A stretch of 63,654 nucleotides of DNA, filler included, from Chiloscyllium plagiosum (lineage: Eukaryota), in NCBI RefSeq assembly GCF_004010195.1. It is 5 parts of one record of this genome, joined end to end, with 100 filler letters (N's around TTAATTAATTAA, not from the genome) between each part and the next. Parts side by side here need not be neighbours in the genome. Positions count along the whole stretch, not along the records: positions 49,107 to 59,865 come from NC_057710.1; positions 59,966 to 63,654 come from NC_057710.1; 3 more parts are not named here. One strand, written 5' to 3'. This document shows, in pieces, positions 49,810 through 63,004 of the stretch. The notes below the pieces were generated by a model, which was not told the origin of the DNA, ran no database searches, and was given only the letters and a program-made list of their open reading frames with translations. The translations under genes and the position numbers were made by a program. Position 1 is the first letter of the stretch; each line of letters opens with the position of its first letter.

Positions 49810-52440
49810 TAGTCAGAGCGAAGGAGCATAAGCATTGGTGGGAAGTGAATGCAGTAGCAGAGACAGCGTGAGTGTGTTGTAGCAAAGTATGGAACTTACC
49901 CTGGCAAAGCTAAGGAGGCCATTCACCTTCTTATAGCTGTATCTCCTCTTCCTGGAGACCACATGAAGCCAGATGGCAACCTCGACTCGATCACCAGGGT
50001 CGGGTGGCATATCTTTCTCTGCCACTTCACTGAGAAACAGAGACCCCTCATCTGTACACCCCCTCCTCCAAGACCTCCTGGTCCTTATTGGAGATTCGCA
50101 GCTCCACTTTCCTTTCTCTGATGAGAATGTGATCCAGTAGGGACCGCTGCAGAACGCCAATGACTGTGTGGCTGCACAGCAGGCTTTTAAATATCATGTG
50201 TTACCGGGGTGTTGGTCTTTCAATGGCTATCTAGTGAGAGTTGACTTGTTCCAGGAATAGTGCATAACGAGATTGTACTGGAATCAGGCTGGAGGGTGGT
50301 GTGAGGTAGGTAGCTACTGAGACAGGCTTAGTAAGATATAGCAAGAGATCTCACCAGGTCTTACAGTGAGAAACCTTCCAAAAAGCTCACCAAAAATGAC
50401 ACATGGCCAAAAGGATATTTAGACCTATATCGTTTCAGAACAAGGTTACTAAATTGGTTGTAATTACTAAGAAATGTGGTGGCACGAGTGGAGGCAGTGT
50501 GTTTTGACTGAGTCGTGCCCTGTAAGTGATCATTCCTTCAACAGCAGTGCGTCAAAATCCAAGAACACCTTTCCTAAATAGCACTGTGACTGTACCTACA
50601 CCAAATGGACTGTCCCAGTTAAAGTAGGGAAGGGCAAGGGTAATCAGAGACTCCAGTCTGTTCTTTCTTCACTAACTGCTATTTTCTGAAGAAATAAAAA
50701 TGGACAGAATGTTATGGGGGTCTGAACGATATGAGCTGTGGCAGAAAATGTGACAGAATCACAGAAGAAATTCAGAAAGGCCCAACTTGACATCAAGCGT
50801 CAAGTTTATTTTTATTCATTGATGGGGATTTACCCTCACTGGTTAGGCCAGCATTTATTGCCTATTCCTAACTACACAGAGGGCAGGTGAAATTCAGCCA
50901 CATTGTTGTGGATTTGGAATCGGTCAGATCAGATAAGGATGGCAGCTTCCTTCCCTAATGGACAGCAGTGAAGCAGATGAGCTTTTCCAACAATTGATGA
51001 GTTTCAGGTAGATTCTTAATTCCAGATTTTTAATTGAAATTAAATTCCAACATTTGCCATGGTAGGATTCAAATCCAGGACCACAGCTAATTCCAAGAGT
51101 CTCTGGATTAATGGTCTATTGATAATACCAATAAGCCATTGTCTCCCGAAAGTGGCGATTTGCCTGTTAGGGAGGATTATTGCTTGTTAATGACCTTATT
51201 AACTGGACATTCACCTCATTAATGTGCAGCCTCCTATCCTATCATCTATTATGAGCAAACTAGGTGTTGAGAATTCTAAACATGGAAGTAAGTATGGTAC
51301 CTGGCGATGTCAGACTGTCCCCTGCTCCAAAGGCCTTTTGGATATCCATCATAAACATCGCGGGAATGCTTCATGGACATTGATCACATGCCCACCTGAG
51401 GACATTGGTATCTGACATGTGCCAGTCTCTAGGACATGATTGTGAGTGGGGAAAAATGTTACAGACAATAGTCAGAGAGAAGGAGCATGAGCATTGGTGG
51501 GAGGTGAATGCAGTAGCAGAGACAGTGTGAGTGTGTTGTCGCAAAGTATGGAACTTACACTGGCAAAGCTAAGGAGGCCACTGACCTTCCTATAGCACTG
51601 CTGGCTGTATCTCCTCTTGCCTACTCATCTTTTCCTCATTGGGGTAAGGAGCTGAAATCGGGCAGCTGACTACCTTTCTTGACTCTTTCTGCACCGTTTT
51701 TAGTCGAATTCCTCATGGAATGAGGGAGAGGCCAGTATTAATGGAGACAAAACTGGTTGGCATAGTAGTTATTTCTGGCGCTGGTGAGAGATGTCCTGAA
51801 TGGTGAGTAGGCAGTGCTGAGGACATATAGGGTTAGTGGTGTCTGGGGTTGAGATAGGAGGGACAGTGAGTGTTGCAGGCAATAGTGAACGTGAATCTTG
51901 CTGGGAGGTGGGCCCAGCAGCAGAGATAGCGTGAGTAGAACAGAGAAGATAACAACACTGACGCTGGCAGAGGGGACAAGAATGCTGTGCATTCCTCCAG
52001 ACACTGAGACTTCAAGGCCTGATGTCATGACCTCAGTCCTGGGATAGGAGGATATCCCGGCACTGCACCATCGTATTCTGCAGGACCTCCACATTTATGC
52101 CAGCAGTTTTCATTTCTCTGCCATGACTAGGGCAAATATGACCAATGCAGGCAGCTTTGTATTGGCAGTGTTTGTCTGAGTGTATAATGGTCTTTTAAAG
52201 ATGGCATTGGTGCCAGGGCAGCTAGTCCAATCTGGGTTGTCCTGGTAGTGGTAATCGGCAGCTCCTTATCACGTTCTGGGAACAGTAAGTAGTAGGATGG
52301 AGCGAGTGGGTAAGAAGGACACAAAATGAGCAGACGGTAGGTAGTTAATGAGGCACATTTGGTAAGGTATAGCAAGAGATCTTACTCGACCTCGCATAGT
52401 GAAATCCTCCAAATATCTGGATGAAGCTGACACTTTACTA
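49810..52440 (-). mobile_element. PIF/Harbinger Myb/SANT-ORF relics, locally duplicated
   Basis: EVA...KKVNGLLSFAR ending in GTAAGT at 49899; second copy QQCYRKVSGLL with donor at 51558. Confidence 0.5.
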
Positions 52441-53672
52441 AAAAAAGTAAGATTCAGTCCACTGTCTTTATCCAGAGAAATTACAGCCACTTTAGTCATG
52501 CATGAAATCTGTTTACTGCAGTTTGCAGACACTCGTTTTAAATAGATGTTGAAATTGACTGGGTTTGCTATGAGGTACACTGCTTCCTATAAGTCCTCTT
52601 TATATTTCACCCTGGCTCCAACTCATTGACTGATGCTGATGTCAATAGCCATGCCACACCCATTCTCCATCTTTAACTGGAGTCGAGATTAAGTGCATCT
52701 TAACCCACAATCCTCTGACCCAGAGGCAAGAGTGCTAGGAACTGGGCCAAGTTTGCAATGTTGAACTATACTGTAGTTCATCATAAATTAAGAAGCAGAC
52801 TGCATTATTGTTCTCAAGGGGACCACAAACATTGTTTAGAAAAAAAAAGGTTGCAAAGAAGACATTTTCCCATTCTATGTGATGAGTTTGAAGCCAGTAT
52901 TCTGACATACTATACCACCCAATCCTCCCACGCACATTTTCTGAGGCTGAAGAAGTGCTGGAGTAATCGAAGTATGAAAATGCGTATACAAAAAAAACAA
53001 AGTACTTCCCATTACAATCCAGATTTTTTTCCCCATACAAATTTTAGAAAAAACATTTAGTTACTGACTCGTCTGAAAAACAGACTGTCTCTCTGAGTTA
53101 TATTTTGAGTTTTGGATCAAACTGCCAGAGGAAGTGGTGGAGGCAGGTTCAATTATAACATTTAAAAAGCGTCTGGATGGGTATACAAATAGGAAGGGTT
53201 TAGAGGGATATGGGCCAGATCGAGATACCTGGTCGGTGTGGATGAGTTGGACTGAAGAGTCTGTTTCTGTGCTGTATAACTCTATGACACTCTGACTCTG
53301 ACTCTGTGAGTGTTGTTGGAGCTGCACCCATTCAGACAAGTTGAGAATATTCCATCACACTCCTGACTTGTGCCCTGTAGATGGTGGACAGGCTTTGGGG
53401 AGTCAGGAGGTGAGTTGTTCACTGCAGTATTCCTAGTGTCTGATCTGTTTTTGTAGCCAGAGTACTTACATGATCAATCACCTGAGTTTCTGGTCACTGG
53501 TATGCCCCAGTGATGTTGGAGATTCAGTGAGTGTCACAGGGTGATGGTTAGTTTCTCTCTTATTGCAGCTAGTTTCACAACTGCCCTGGGACCCTCAGCA
53601 TCCTCAACATTAACATCGGCTTCATCAGACTCAGAGTCCTCTTCATCCTCCTCTGACAGGCAGCAACTTCAT

Positions 53673-54273
53673 GTTGGCAAGTCATGTTACAATTATGTAA
53701 GACTTATTTCGGCCACATTTGGAATACTGTGTACTGTTCTTGTCGCCACATTACCAAAAAGATGTGGATGCTTTGGAGAGGGTGCAGAAGAGGTTCACCA
53801 GGATGTTGCCTGGTATGGAGAGTGCTAACTATGAGGAGAGTATGAGTAGATTAAGATTATTTTCATTAGAAAGATGGAGGTTGAGGGGAGGTGGGGCGGC
53901 CTGGTTGAGGTCTACAAAATCATGGGAGGTATCGACAGGGCGGATAGTAAGAAGCTATTTCCCAGAATGGGGGACTCAATATACTAGGGGTCACGAGTTT
54001 AAGGTGAGAGGGGAAACGTTTAAAGGAGATATGCATGGAAAGTATTTTATGTTGAGGTTGGTGGGTGCCTGGAACGCTTTGTCATCTGACATGGTAGAGG
54101 CGGGCATGATAGCATCATTTAAGATGTATCTAGACAGATACATGAATGGACAGGAAGCAGAGGGATACAGATCCTTAGAAAATAGGCAACAGGTTTAGAT
54201 GGAAGATCTGGATCGGTGCAGGCTTGGAGGGCTAAAGGACCTGTTCCTGTGCTGTAATTTTCTTTGCTCTTTG
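53673..54273 (+). mobile_element. CR1 3' end with 5-bp TSD ttcat, splitting an acidic Harbinger-like C-terminal relic (-)
   Basis: ORF 53719-54198; TSD at 53668-53672 and 54274-54278. Confidence 0.85.
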
Positions 54274-54329
54274 TTCATCTCCCTCACAGCTAAATTCTCC
54301 CCCTGTCATTGAGCTAGATTGTACAGGGT

Positions 54330-57300
54330 ACAGTAAAAGGTTGCCATTCTGACCATTGAACTGTCCAAAGCTCTGCGGTACAGAGTGCCAGTAAGTCTGT
54401 GGAGAAAAGAGAACTGTAGTAACAACAGGGCGAGAGTGTAGTTAGGTAAATCGATTCTGTTGTCTGCAGCAAAGACAGAAAGCCCTGAAAGCTACTATGT
54501 GCCAAGATTCAGGATTTCTCTCCTGGCCTGGGGAGGAGTTGAAGTAGGAGGGGAAGAATCCAATTGTCGTCCACATTGGTGCCAATGACCAATCACCAGC
54601 AGAGCAAGGGATGAGTTTCTGGTGAGTGTACAATAACTTGAGACTAAATTTAAAAGTAGAACCATAAATCTCTGGGTTACTACCTGAACAAATTGGCACA
54701 GGGTAAATAAGGTTAGAGAAGTAAATGCGTGGCTCAAAGATTGGTGTGGGAGAAATGGATTCCCATTCATTGGATACTAGCAACAATATTGTGGAAAGAG
54801 AGAGCTGTCTTGTTTCAATAGGCGTCATCTGAACTATGTTGGGACCAATATCCTGGCAAATTGTATAACTAGAGTTGTGTTTTTTTTTAAATCAACGTGT
54901 TTGGAGATATTGTCACACACCTCCAGCAGGTGAGTTTTGAACCAGATCTTGTGGTACAGCGGTAGAGACTTTATCAGCACAAAAGACTCTGGTAACTATG
55001 GTAGTGAACAGGGCTTTAAATTAATTAGTGCAGGGTGGGCGTGTAGTATTTGAATGAAGGGAAGTTTACATAATCAAAAAGAAACAAGCAAGCAGGGTAT
55101 TGACGAGGTGAACAATAATCCAAGTGCTACAGGAAAAGACAGAAAATATAAACAGAAAACTGCACCAGTCTTCATCTGAAAGCATTTGTAACAAGCTAGG
55201 TGAGTTGACAGCACAAATAGATTTAAAGAATATAATTCAATAGCTATCACAAAGACATGTGATAACTATTGAATTATAGCTGGGCACTCACAATTCAAGG
55301 GGATTCAATGTCTTGGAAAATATGCAAGAAGAAAAAGGGGGTGGGTTAGCAGTGTTAATAATGGAAGGTATCAGTGAGGTAATGCATTGTTAGAAAGTCT
55401 GGAACTCGTGATGTGGAATGAGTTTGAGTGGAAATAAGGAAGAATAAGGCGAAGAGGTCATGGATGGCATTCACCTATAGATTTCTGAAGATTTACCCTG
55501 TTGGATAAATCAGGAAATGATGGAGATGTGTCAGATGGGCTCTACAATTAAAAGTATGGTCTTAATTAGAAACTAGGCTTGAAATTTCAGATGAGCAATG
55601 GTAACATGGAAGACACATTTCTAGAGCCTACCAGGGATTGTTTCTTAGAGCAGTACACTGCCCAATCTATCCAGGAGCAGGCTATTTCAGACCTAGCAAC
55701 GTGTAATGAGGTTGGATGAATAAAAAATTGGATGATTAAGGATTCGCGATGGGGTAGTGACGATAATATAGTTAAATTTCAAATTCAATTTGAGGGAGAG
55801 CAAATTGAGTCTCAAACCAGTGTCGCCAACTTAACTAAGGTCTATTACAGAGGACAGAGGAGTGAAGAAAGAGTTTTATGTAGTGGGTTGGGAAAATAGA
55901 CTAAGGGGAAAGTTGGCAGATGAGCAGTGTCAGACATTTAAACAGATATTTCATATCCCCAGCGAATCATTTATTCCATTTAATCAACAGGACTTCATGA
56001 GAAGGAAGAACCACCTGAGGTTAATAATAATGGCCAAAGAGAGCATCCAATCAAAAACAAAGGCATAGATAGTGAATACTATGGGTAGAGCAATTATTAT
56101 AAAAGTAAATTAGTGAGAATGTGTAGCTAATTTGATTGTCAGACTCTTAAAGGAATCCCCTGGGGTGTTGATAATGGGGAACTGGGAAATAACAGATAAT
56201 TTAAACCAATATTTTGAACTGATCTTCATGCCGGAGGACACTTATAAACATCCCAAAAATATTAGATAAAGAAGATGGGAGGAAAAGTCTTGTAATAGTC
56301 TCTACCACTAGCCGCAAAGTATTTGAAAAATTAATATCACTGACAACAAACTAAAGGCATTGAAGGTATGGTTAGTAAGTTTGCAGACGACACGACAATG
56401 AGTGGCACAGCAGAAAATAAAGAAGATTTTCTAAGATTACAAAGGGAACTTGGTGAATTGTGTCAGTGAACTGAAAAATGGCAGCTAGAGTTCAACCAGG
56501 ATAAATGCGAGGTATTGCATTAGAACTTTTCCAAATGATGGTTGGACTTTGGGTCATATTGTAGGGACCTAGGGGTTCAGGTCATAATATTTTTGAGGTT
56601 TGCGCCACATATAGAAAGGGTGGTTAAAAAGATTTTAGGAGTTAGGAAGCCATATTGAGGTTGTACAGGACATCAGTGAGGCCTGTTCTGGAATATTGTG
56701 TCCAGTTCTGGTTTGCCCAGTTATAGGAAGAATATTATTAAGTTAGAGAGGGTTCAAAAGAGATTTACAGAATGTTGCTGGGTATGGGAGATTTGAGTTA
56801 CAAAGAAAGGCTGGATAAAATGGATATTTTCATTGGAGTGTTAGAGTTTAAGAGGTGACCTTATAGAAGTTTATAAAATCATGCGTGGTATAGATAGGGT
56901 TAATGGTAATCTTTTCCCTAGGCTGGGGGATTTCAAAACTAGGGGGCACATTATTAAGGTGAGAAGAGAGAGACTTAAAAAAGACATGAGGGGCAAAAGC
57001 TTTACACAGAGAGTGGTTTGCGTGTGGAATGAACTTCCTGAGGAAGTAGTGGATGTGGGCACAATTACAATATTTAAAAGACATTTGGATAAGTACATGA
57101 ATAGAAAAGGTTTGGAGGGATATAGCCTAGGAGCAGGCAGATGGGACTAGTTTAGTTTGAGATTATGTTCGGGGTATGGACTGGTTGGACCAAAGGGTTT
57201 GCTTCTATGCTGTATGACTCTATCACTCTGTGACTTGATATTCTGTATCCAACAGTATTAAAGGTAGTGGCTGCAGAGATAGTGGAGGCAATGGTCAAAA

Positions 57301-57360
57301 TATTCCAGAACTCAATGGATTCTCAGAGGGTTGCAATAGATTGGAAAACTGCAGGTGTCT
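54330..57360 (+). mobile_element. Old near full-length CR1 with younger CR1 nested at about 56355-57235
   Basis: ORF1 VVHIGAND-type esterase remnant, endonuclease remnants; nested ORF 56881-57150. Confidence 0.8.
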
Positions 57361-58254
57361 GCAAGCTGAAACACCTTCAGTTTGAACCACGGTCAATACG
57401 CTTGCTATGATCCCTATCCACATATAGAGGGTAGATAGGAAGAAACCTTTCCTCAGAAGTCAATAACCAAAAGCACTGTTTTAGGATATTGTGCAGGGTG
57501 AAGAGACGGAGGTTTAGAGGAATTTGAGGCTTTTTCTCTCTGGAACTCGCTATCTAAAATGGTAGTTGGAGCGGGAACCCTCCGTATTTAGATCAGCATT
57601 TGAAATATCATTGTATACAAGGATACAGGCTGAAGAATGGAAAATGGGATAACAATGGGTGGATGTTTGATGACTGACATGAACACGATAGGCTGAAGGG
57701 CCTCATTGCATGCTGTAAAAACTCGCGGACTCTGTAGCTCAATAGAATCTTAATGCCTTTTGAGCCTGAGCAGCTGAACTTTAGCTCCCACAGTTACTCA
57801 CTAAGTTCTTGGCTGGTCTTGCAGCACTTTTGTTGCCTTTCGCTGATCCAGATACATATTCCTACTCCTCTAGGAGTTGGTCTCTTTAAATTTACAAAAA
57901 CATTTTTGTTTAAGTCTAATTTCTCTTGGTGATAGAGTAGGCTTGTCCTGAGTAATGCAGCTCCAATTAATAAATTACACATTTTAAAATTAGGCCATTC
58001 AGCCTGATTATTCTCCACTGCTATTATGTTCCATTACAAGTCGAGCATAAACCCCACCTTGTGTATCGCACCGAGCAGTATCACAAACTGGAGATGATCC
58101 TGACATCGGAATCCCTGTCTCAAAATAAAACTCCTGACCCATTTATTGTGCTGCAAGGGCTTTTATTTTGGGGAGGGTGCTCATGCCTCCTGCTCCTACT
58201 CAGATAGTACTCTCAAATAATCTGGCATTTTCTGATGCCTTGTTCCTCTCCCAG

Positions 58255-58336
58255 TATCTTCACTTAATCAGATAGCTACAGCAGCTTGCTGGATATGGGC
58301 ATTATATCAGAAGTCAGAATGGTAAGTTCTAGACAG
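58255..58336 (+). other. Candidate exon with two alternative donors
   Basis: ttctgat...ccttgttcctctccCAG acceptor; GTAAGT at 58322 and 58337. Confidence 0.35.
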
Positions 58337-59380
58337 GTAAGTAACCTGGACAATTTTCACTGCCCACCCAAGCAGTTTTCACTAAGGAAATTAAAAAAGG
58401 CTCATAAAGGGCGTGGAATACCCTACCGGCCAATGTAGTTAACTCAGCCACATTAGGGAGATTTAAACAATCCTTGGATAAACACATGGATGATGATGGG
58501 ATAGTGTAGGAGGACGAGCTGAGAATAGTTCATAGGTCGGCGTAACTTCGAGAGCCGAAAGGCCTGTTCTGCGCTGTATTGTTTTAGGTTCTATGTTCTA
58601 AATCAGCTTTAGTGACACCGTGCATTCATCAAACCCGCCAAAGCATGGAGTAAATGCCTTGGTTCAACAACAACCAACAGTGTTTGACTATAATCAATAT
58701 GGTCTTGCACACTGCACATCTTTTTCCTCACAGATCTCTGATAGACTCACACGACAGAGCAAGAGGTCATCAGCCATCCAGTCTCTGCCGGCTGTTTGAA
58801 AGGGACTTTCATTCAGGGAACTAGACTTCACTGATTGGGCCTACATTTATTTCTCATGCCCTTGAGAAGGTGGTGTTGAGCTGCCTTCTTACAATGTTGC
58901 AGTTCATTTGCTGTAGGAGGGAATTCTAAGACTTTGACCCAGTGACACTGAAGCAATGATAATGTATTTCCAAGTCACGGTAGTGAGTGACTTGGAGGGC
59001 ATTTGCAGGTGTTGGTGTTCCCATGAATCTTCTGCCCTCGTCTTACTAAATTTGAAGTGATCATGGGTTTGGAAGATGCTCTCTGAGGTGACTTGGAGAA
59101 TTTCTGCAGTGCGACTTGAAGACAGTGCGCACTGCTGCTACTGTGTTGGTGATAGAGGGAGTGAATTGTTGTGGATGAGGTGCGAATCAAGCAGGCTGCT
59201 TTGCCCTGGATGGTGTCAAGCTTCTTGAGTGTTGTTGGAGCTACATCCATCCAGGCAAATGGAAGTGTTCCATCATACTCCTGACTTGTACCTTACAGAT
59301 GGTGGACAGGCTTTGGAGAGTCAGGTGATGAGTTACTTGCTGCGGTATACCCAGCCCATGACCTGCTCTTGTAGCCACAT

Positions 59381-59865
59381 TAGACAATAGACAATAGGTG
59401 CAGGAGTAGGCCATTCTGCCCTTCGAGCCTGCACCACCATTCAATATGATCATGGCTGATCATCCTTAATCAGTATCCTGTTCCTGCCTTATCTCCATAA
59501 CCCTTGATTCCACTATCCTTGAGAGCTCTATCCAATTCTTTCATCCAGAGACTGGGCCTCCACTGCCCTCTGGGGCAGAGCATCCCACACAGCCACCACT
59601 CTCTGGGTGAAGAAGTTTCTCCCCATCTCTGTCCTAAATGGTCTACCCCGTATTTTTAAGCTGTCTCCTCTGGTTCGGCACTCACCCATCAGCAGAAACA
59701 TGTTGCCTGCCGCCAGAGTGTCCAATCCTTTGATCATCTTATATGTCCCAACCAGATCCCCTCTCAGTCTTCTAAACTCAAGGGTACACAAGCCCAGTCG
59801 CTCCAGTCTTTCAGTGTAAGGTAATCCCGCCATTCCAGGAATTGACCTCGTAAACCTACGCTGCA
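59381..59865 (-). mobile_element. Young CR1 3' end
   Basis: ORF 59528-59833; (tagacaa)n tail. Confidence 0.9.
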
Positions 59866-59965
59866 NNNNNNNNNNNNNNNNNNNNNNNNNNNNNNNNNNN
59901 NNNNNNNNNTTAATTAATTAANNNNNNNNNNNNNNNNNNNNNNNNNNNNNNNNNNNNNNNNNNNN

Positions 59966-60322
59966 GCAAGAGGAACATTGCACTGTCTTCACTGCCATAC
60001 CTCTGAAAGTAACCTTTTAAAAAAAAACCTGGGTCTAAAGAATACAACAAGCAAAATGCAGCACTTACCTACTTACCACAACGGGTCTTATTATTTAGGT
60101 TAGAGGAGGAGGGCGGGTGGGAGACACTACCTCTGTAGTGCCTCGGGTTCTTCTCCTGCGCGCTTTTAAAGGGAAAAAAAACCTACCCGGCTGCCCCTCC
60201 GGTCTTCGTCACTTCCCCCTGCTGCTCCCGCTCTTTCTGTAAAGAGAGAAAAAAACACCGCTGCCCGCTACCGGTAAGTAATTTTAAAACAAACTGTCTT
60301 ACCTTAGCTGCTGCTCGCACTC
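59966..60322 (-). mobile_element. CR1 5'UTR and ORF1 start (MAVKTVQCSSC)
   Basis: ATG at 59998 followed by a CxxC motif positioned like the ORF1 start at 15999; CpG-rich leader; shared gggaga.ac..tac hairpin region. Confidence 0.75.
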
Positions 60323-60429
60323 AAAGTGCAAGATACCTTGTAAAACCTCACAAATTCAAGCTAGGTTCTTCAGCTGGGAAAGTGATTGAGTTTCAGTCTT
60401 ATTAATGGAATTTGAATAGATATTGCCTT

Positions 60430-60526
60430 ATCCTGCTCCTCGGATGCTGCCTGACCTGCTGTGCTTTTCCAGCACCACTCTAATCTAGACTCTGGTTTCC
60501 AGCATTTGCAGTCCTTGTTTTTACCT
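60430..60526 (+). mobile_element. PLE tail fragment (family A)
   Basis: ctgctcctcggatgctgcc...gtttttacc. Confidence 0.85.
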
Positions 60527-60859
60527 TATTAAGCAAAATAGTCAGTGTAGATATGTTTAGAGTAGAGGAAGTAAATTTCATCTTAGATGCAATCTCCTGT
60601 TTAAAACACACTTATAGACAGTATGAGTATAGAAGGTTTATTGTACTAACAAGATGAAGGGGCAATATGTGTTTGACATTCCAAAGTCAGGCAAGAAAGA
60701 AGCTGCTCCTAACTTGTCGGCTAAAGAATTCTAACATTAGGTGTAACCACATAAATTTATATACAAACAACTTTATATTAGAACTGACATTATGAATTTT
60801 CTAGCAATTAATAGGAATTAGCATCTTTTTGTATCTCCTGTAATAAACTTTGGAATGAC

Positions 60860-62525
60860 TTTGTGCATGGGAAATCATGTCTCACAAATTTGATTGAATT
60901 ATTTGACGACGTAACCAAAAAGATTTTTGAGAGCAGAGCAATAGACATTGTCGACATGAACTTTAATAAAGCCTTTGACAAGGTTCTGCATGGTTCTGCA
61001 TAATTAGTAAAGATCGATCAAGTGATTCAGACAGACCTTGCCAATTGGATGCAAAATTGGCTTGACAATAGGAGACAGAGTGGTGGTGGAGGGTTATTAT
61101 TCAGACTGGAAGCCTGTGATCAATGGTGTTCCACAAGGATTGGTGCTGGTCCACTTTTGTTTGTCGTTAATGTAAATGACTTGGATGAGAATTTAGGAGA
61201 CATGGTGAGCAATTTGTGGATGACATCAAAATTGGTGGTATAGTCATCAGTGAAGAATGTTATCTAAGATTACAAAGGGCTCTTGATCAATTGGACCAAT
61301 GGGCTGAGGAGTAACAGATGGAATTTAATTTGGATAAATACAAGATATTGCATTTCGGTAAAACAAACAAGGGCGAGACATATATAGTTAATAGTAGGAC
61401 CCTGGCTAGTGGTATAGAACAGAAAGACCTAAGGGTTCAGGTACATAGTTCTTTGAAAGTTCATTACAAATAGACAGGGTGGTTAAGAAAGTAAAAACAA
61501 TGACTGCAGATGCTGGAAACCAGATTCTGGATTAGTGGTGCTGGAAGAGCACAGCAGTTCAGGCAGCATCCAAGGAGCTTCGAAATCGACGTTTCGAGCA
61601 AAAGCCCTTCATCAGGAATAAAGGCAGTGAGCCTGAAGCATGGAGAGATAAGCTAGAGGAGGGTGCCCCACCCCCACCCTCCTCTAGCTTATCTCTCCAC
61701 ACTTCAGGCTCACTGCCTTTATTCCTGATGAAGGACTCCTCCAGGCGTCTGGTGGTGAGGGAGCAGTGGTGAAGGAGGCCTAGGACCTCCATGTCCTCGG
61801 CAGAGTGGGAGGGGGAGTTGAAATGTTGGGCCACGGGGCAGTGTGGTTGATTGGTGCGGGTGTCCCGGAGATGTTCCCTAAAGCGCTCTGCTAGGAGGTG
61901 CCCAGTCTCCCCAATGTAGAAGACATTCAGCACACTTGCCTTTATTGCTCAGACCTTTGAATGTGAGAATTGGGACGTCATATTGAGTTTGTACAGGACA
62001 TTGGTGAGCCTACGTTTGGTGTACTGTGTACAGTTCTGGTCATCCTTTTATGGAAAGGATATCATTAAATTGGAGAGAGTTCAGAAAACACTTACCAGAA
62101 TATTGCAGGGAATTTATGGTTTGAGTTATAATGAGAGGCTGAATAAGATGGAGCTATTTTCCCTGCAGTGTCGGAGGCTGAGGGGTGACCTTGTAGAGGT
62201 TTAGAAAATCATGATGCGTATAGATAATGTGAATCAATAGCCAAGGTCTTTTCTCGAGGATGGGTGAGTTCAAAACTAGGGGGCACTTTTTAAGGTGAGA
62301 GGAGAAAGATCTAGAAGGGATCCAAGGGGCACCTTTTTCACACAGAGGGTGGTTCATGTGTGGAATGAGCTGCCAGAGGAAGTGGTAGATGCAGGTACAG
62401 TTACATCATTTAATATAAATTTGGACAGGTACATGAATGGGAAAGGTTTAGAGGGATATGGGCCAAATGCAAGCAAGTTGGACTAATTTTGTTTGGGAAC
62501 TGGTCAGCATAGCTGAGTTGGACCA
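60860..62525 (+). mobile_element. CR1 RT and 3' end interrupted by a PLE chimera
   Basis: KSCLTNLIE, FNKAFDKV, YCVQFWS, FFTQRVVHVWNELP. Confidence 0.9.
61491..61922. mobile_element. Chimeric PLE insert: antisense tail, 60-bp hairpin and GIY-YIG piece
   Basis: Arms 61606-61665 and 61675-61734; minus-strand YIGETGHLLAERFREHLRD...VAQHFN. Confidence 0.9.
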
Positions 62526-63004
62526 AATCACACAAAATCTGTGATAGCAATATAAGATCAGAAGCACTAATGACTACAAGGATTGAAACGTAAATGAATA
62601 AGATGTATTGTCAGAGACCAGCAACAGGTGAAAGGGAGTCTGGCACATATCATGATATGATGAGATGATCTAAGATTGACCATGAATTTGTCTATCATTG
62701 ATCATATCTTCACAGGATTGGATGTGTAAGTCAGAATGTATGTGGTAAGCACTGATGGCACAGTTGCATGTAATCATTGTAATGAGGGGCATTTATAAAT
62801 ATCCTGTACTTTACTGGGAAAGGTAAAGTATCATTGATTCTGATCTGATTAGGCCCTACATGAAAGCCAGGTTTGGAGCAGTCTCTGGCCTCTCCCACAT
62901 ATGTGGTAAAAGAGCTTGGAATAAAGGTTACTTGTAATGCTGAACACAGAAGTGGAGACTCCTCTTCCATCCCTCTCCAACAATAAGCATTTTACCTAAA
63001 TGGT

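Noticed and set aside
53541..53828. Ser-rich ORF, or acidic antisense peptide as a captured host exon
   Set aside because: Chimera across a CR1 junction; the acidic strand continues past the CR1 and fits a transposase tail relic better
60156..60186. Third intron GTAGGT...CAG in the CR1 leader
   Set aside because: Only 31 nt, too short for normal vertebrate splicing; the donor could still pair with a downstream acceptor
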